A DNA stretch of 64,000 bases from Leucoraja ocellata (Eukaryota), in NCBI GenBank assembly GCA_036785375.1, contig JAWMAR010000094.1, positions 1,364,001 through 1,428,000 of the forward strand, read 5' to 3'. A model generated the notes under the pieces. It was not told the DNA's origin. It searched no databases and worked only from the letters and a program-made list of their open reading frames with translations. Shown one piece after another: positions 63,190 through 64,000 of this stretch. The position numbers were made by a program, and so were the translations under genes. Numbering within the stretch: the stretch's first letter is position 1; each line of letters begins with the position of its first letter.

Positions 63190-64000
63190 TATCAAAATCA
63201 TTTCATGTCAGTGTAGAAGTTGGGAGATCATGTTGCAGTTGTATAGGATGTTGGTGAGGCCGCATATAGATAATTGTTCAGTTTTGGGCACCATGTTATA
63301 GGAAAGATGTTGTCAAACTCGAAAGGGTGCAGAGAGGATTTACGAGGATGTTGCCAGGACTGGAGGGTCTGAGCTACTGGAAGAGGTTTAGTAAGCTTGG
63401 GACTATTCCTTGGAGCGCAGGAGAATGAGAGGTGATCTTATAGAAGTGGGATAAAATCATGAGAGGAATAGATCGGGTAGATGCACAGAGTCTCTTGCCC
63501 AGAGTAGATGAATCGAGGACCAGAGCTTTAAGGGTAGCTAATGTAACCCCACTTTTTAAAAAGGGAGGGAGAGAGAAAACGGGGAACTACAGACCAGTTA
63601 GTTTAACGTCGGTAGTTGCTAGAATCAGTTATTAAAGATGGGATAGCAGCACATTTGGAAAGTGGTGAAATCATTGGACAAAGTCAGCATGGATTTATGA
63701 AAGGTAAATCATGTCTGACGAATCTTATAGAATTTTTCGAGGATGCAACTAGTAGAGTGGATAAGGGAGAACCAGTGGATGTGTTATATCTGGACTTTCA
63801 GAAGGCTTTCGACAAGGTCCCACATAAGAGATTAGTATACAAACTTAAAGCACACGGTATTGGGGGTTCAGTATTGATGTGGATAGAGAACTGGCTGGCA
63901 GACAGGAAGCAAAGAGTAGGAGTAAACAGGTCCTTTTCACAATGGCAGGCAGTGACTAGTAGGCTCGGTGCTGGGACCCCAGCTATTTACGATATATATT
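63190..64000 (+). mobile_element. two abutting CR1-type LINE fragments
   Basis: 63190-63530 is ORF2 C-terminal (LYRMLVRPH..); from ~63531 an upstream RT part begins (ANVTPLFKKG..NYRPVSLTSV..QHGFMKGKSCLTNL..YLDFQKAFDKVPH). Confidence 0.93.

Overview
Eukaryotic, repeat-rich vertebrate DNA. The SINE/CR1/Penelope repertoire points to a cartilaginous fish such as a skate or ray (inference). The whole window lies inside one + strand gene, Nemo-like kinase (nlk, mammalian-type). Six internal kinase-domain exons (8851-8906, 20109-20215, 21818-21903, 28402-28611, 33667-33768, 62890-62976) splice into a continuous frame from VLSALDIL to RMLVFDP. The 11.2-kb intron 8907-20108 has minor-spliceosome (U12) signals. 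The introns hold decayed Tc1 transposons, CR1, L2, RTE and Rex1/Babar LINE fragments, tRNA-derived SINEs, Harbinger-like and hAT-like MITEs, and many short Penelope-type repeats with minimal hammerhead-ribozyme cores, often as fold-backs with 8-16 bp target-site duplications (TSDs). The most unusual object is a degraded ZFP36/tristetraprolin-family coding fragment (~26190-26936) enclosed by a short inverted repeat (25995-26006 / 27118-27129). It may be a host gene captured by a DNA transposon. Repeat boundaries are approximate and family names come from motif recognition, not database searches.
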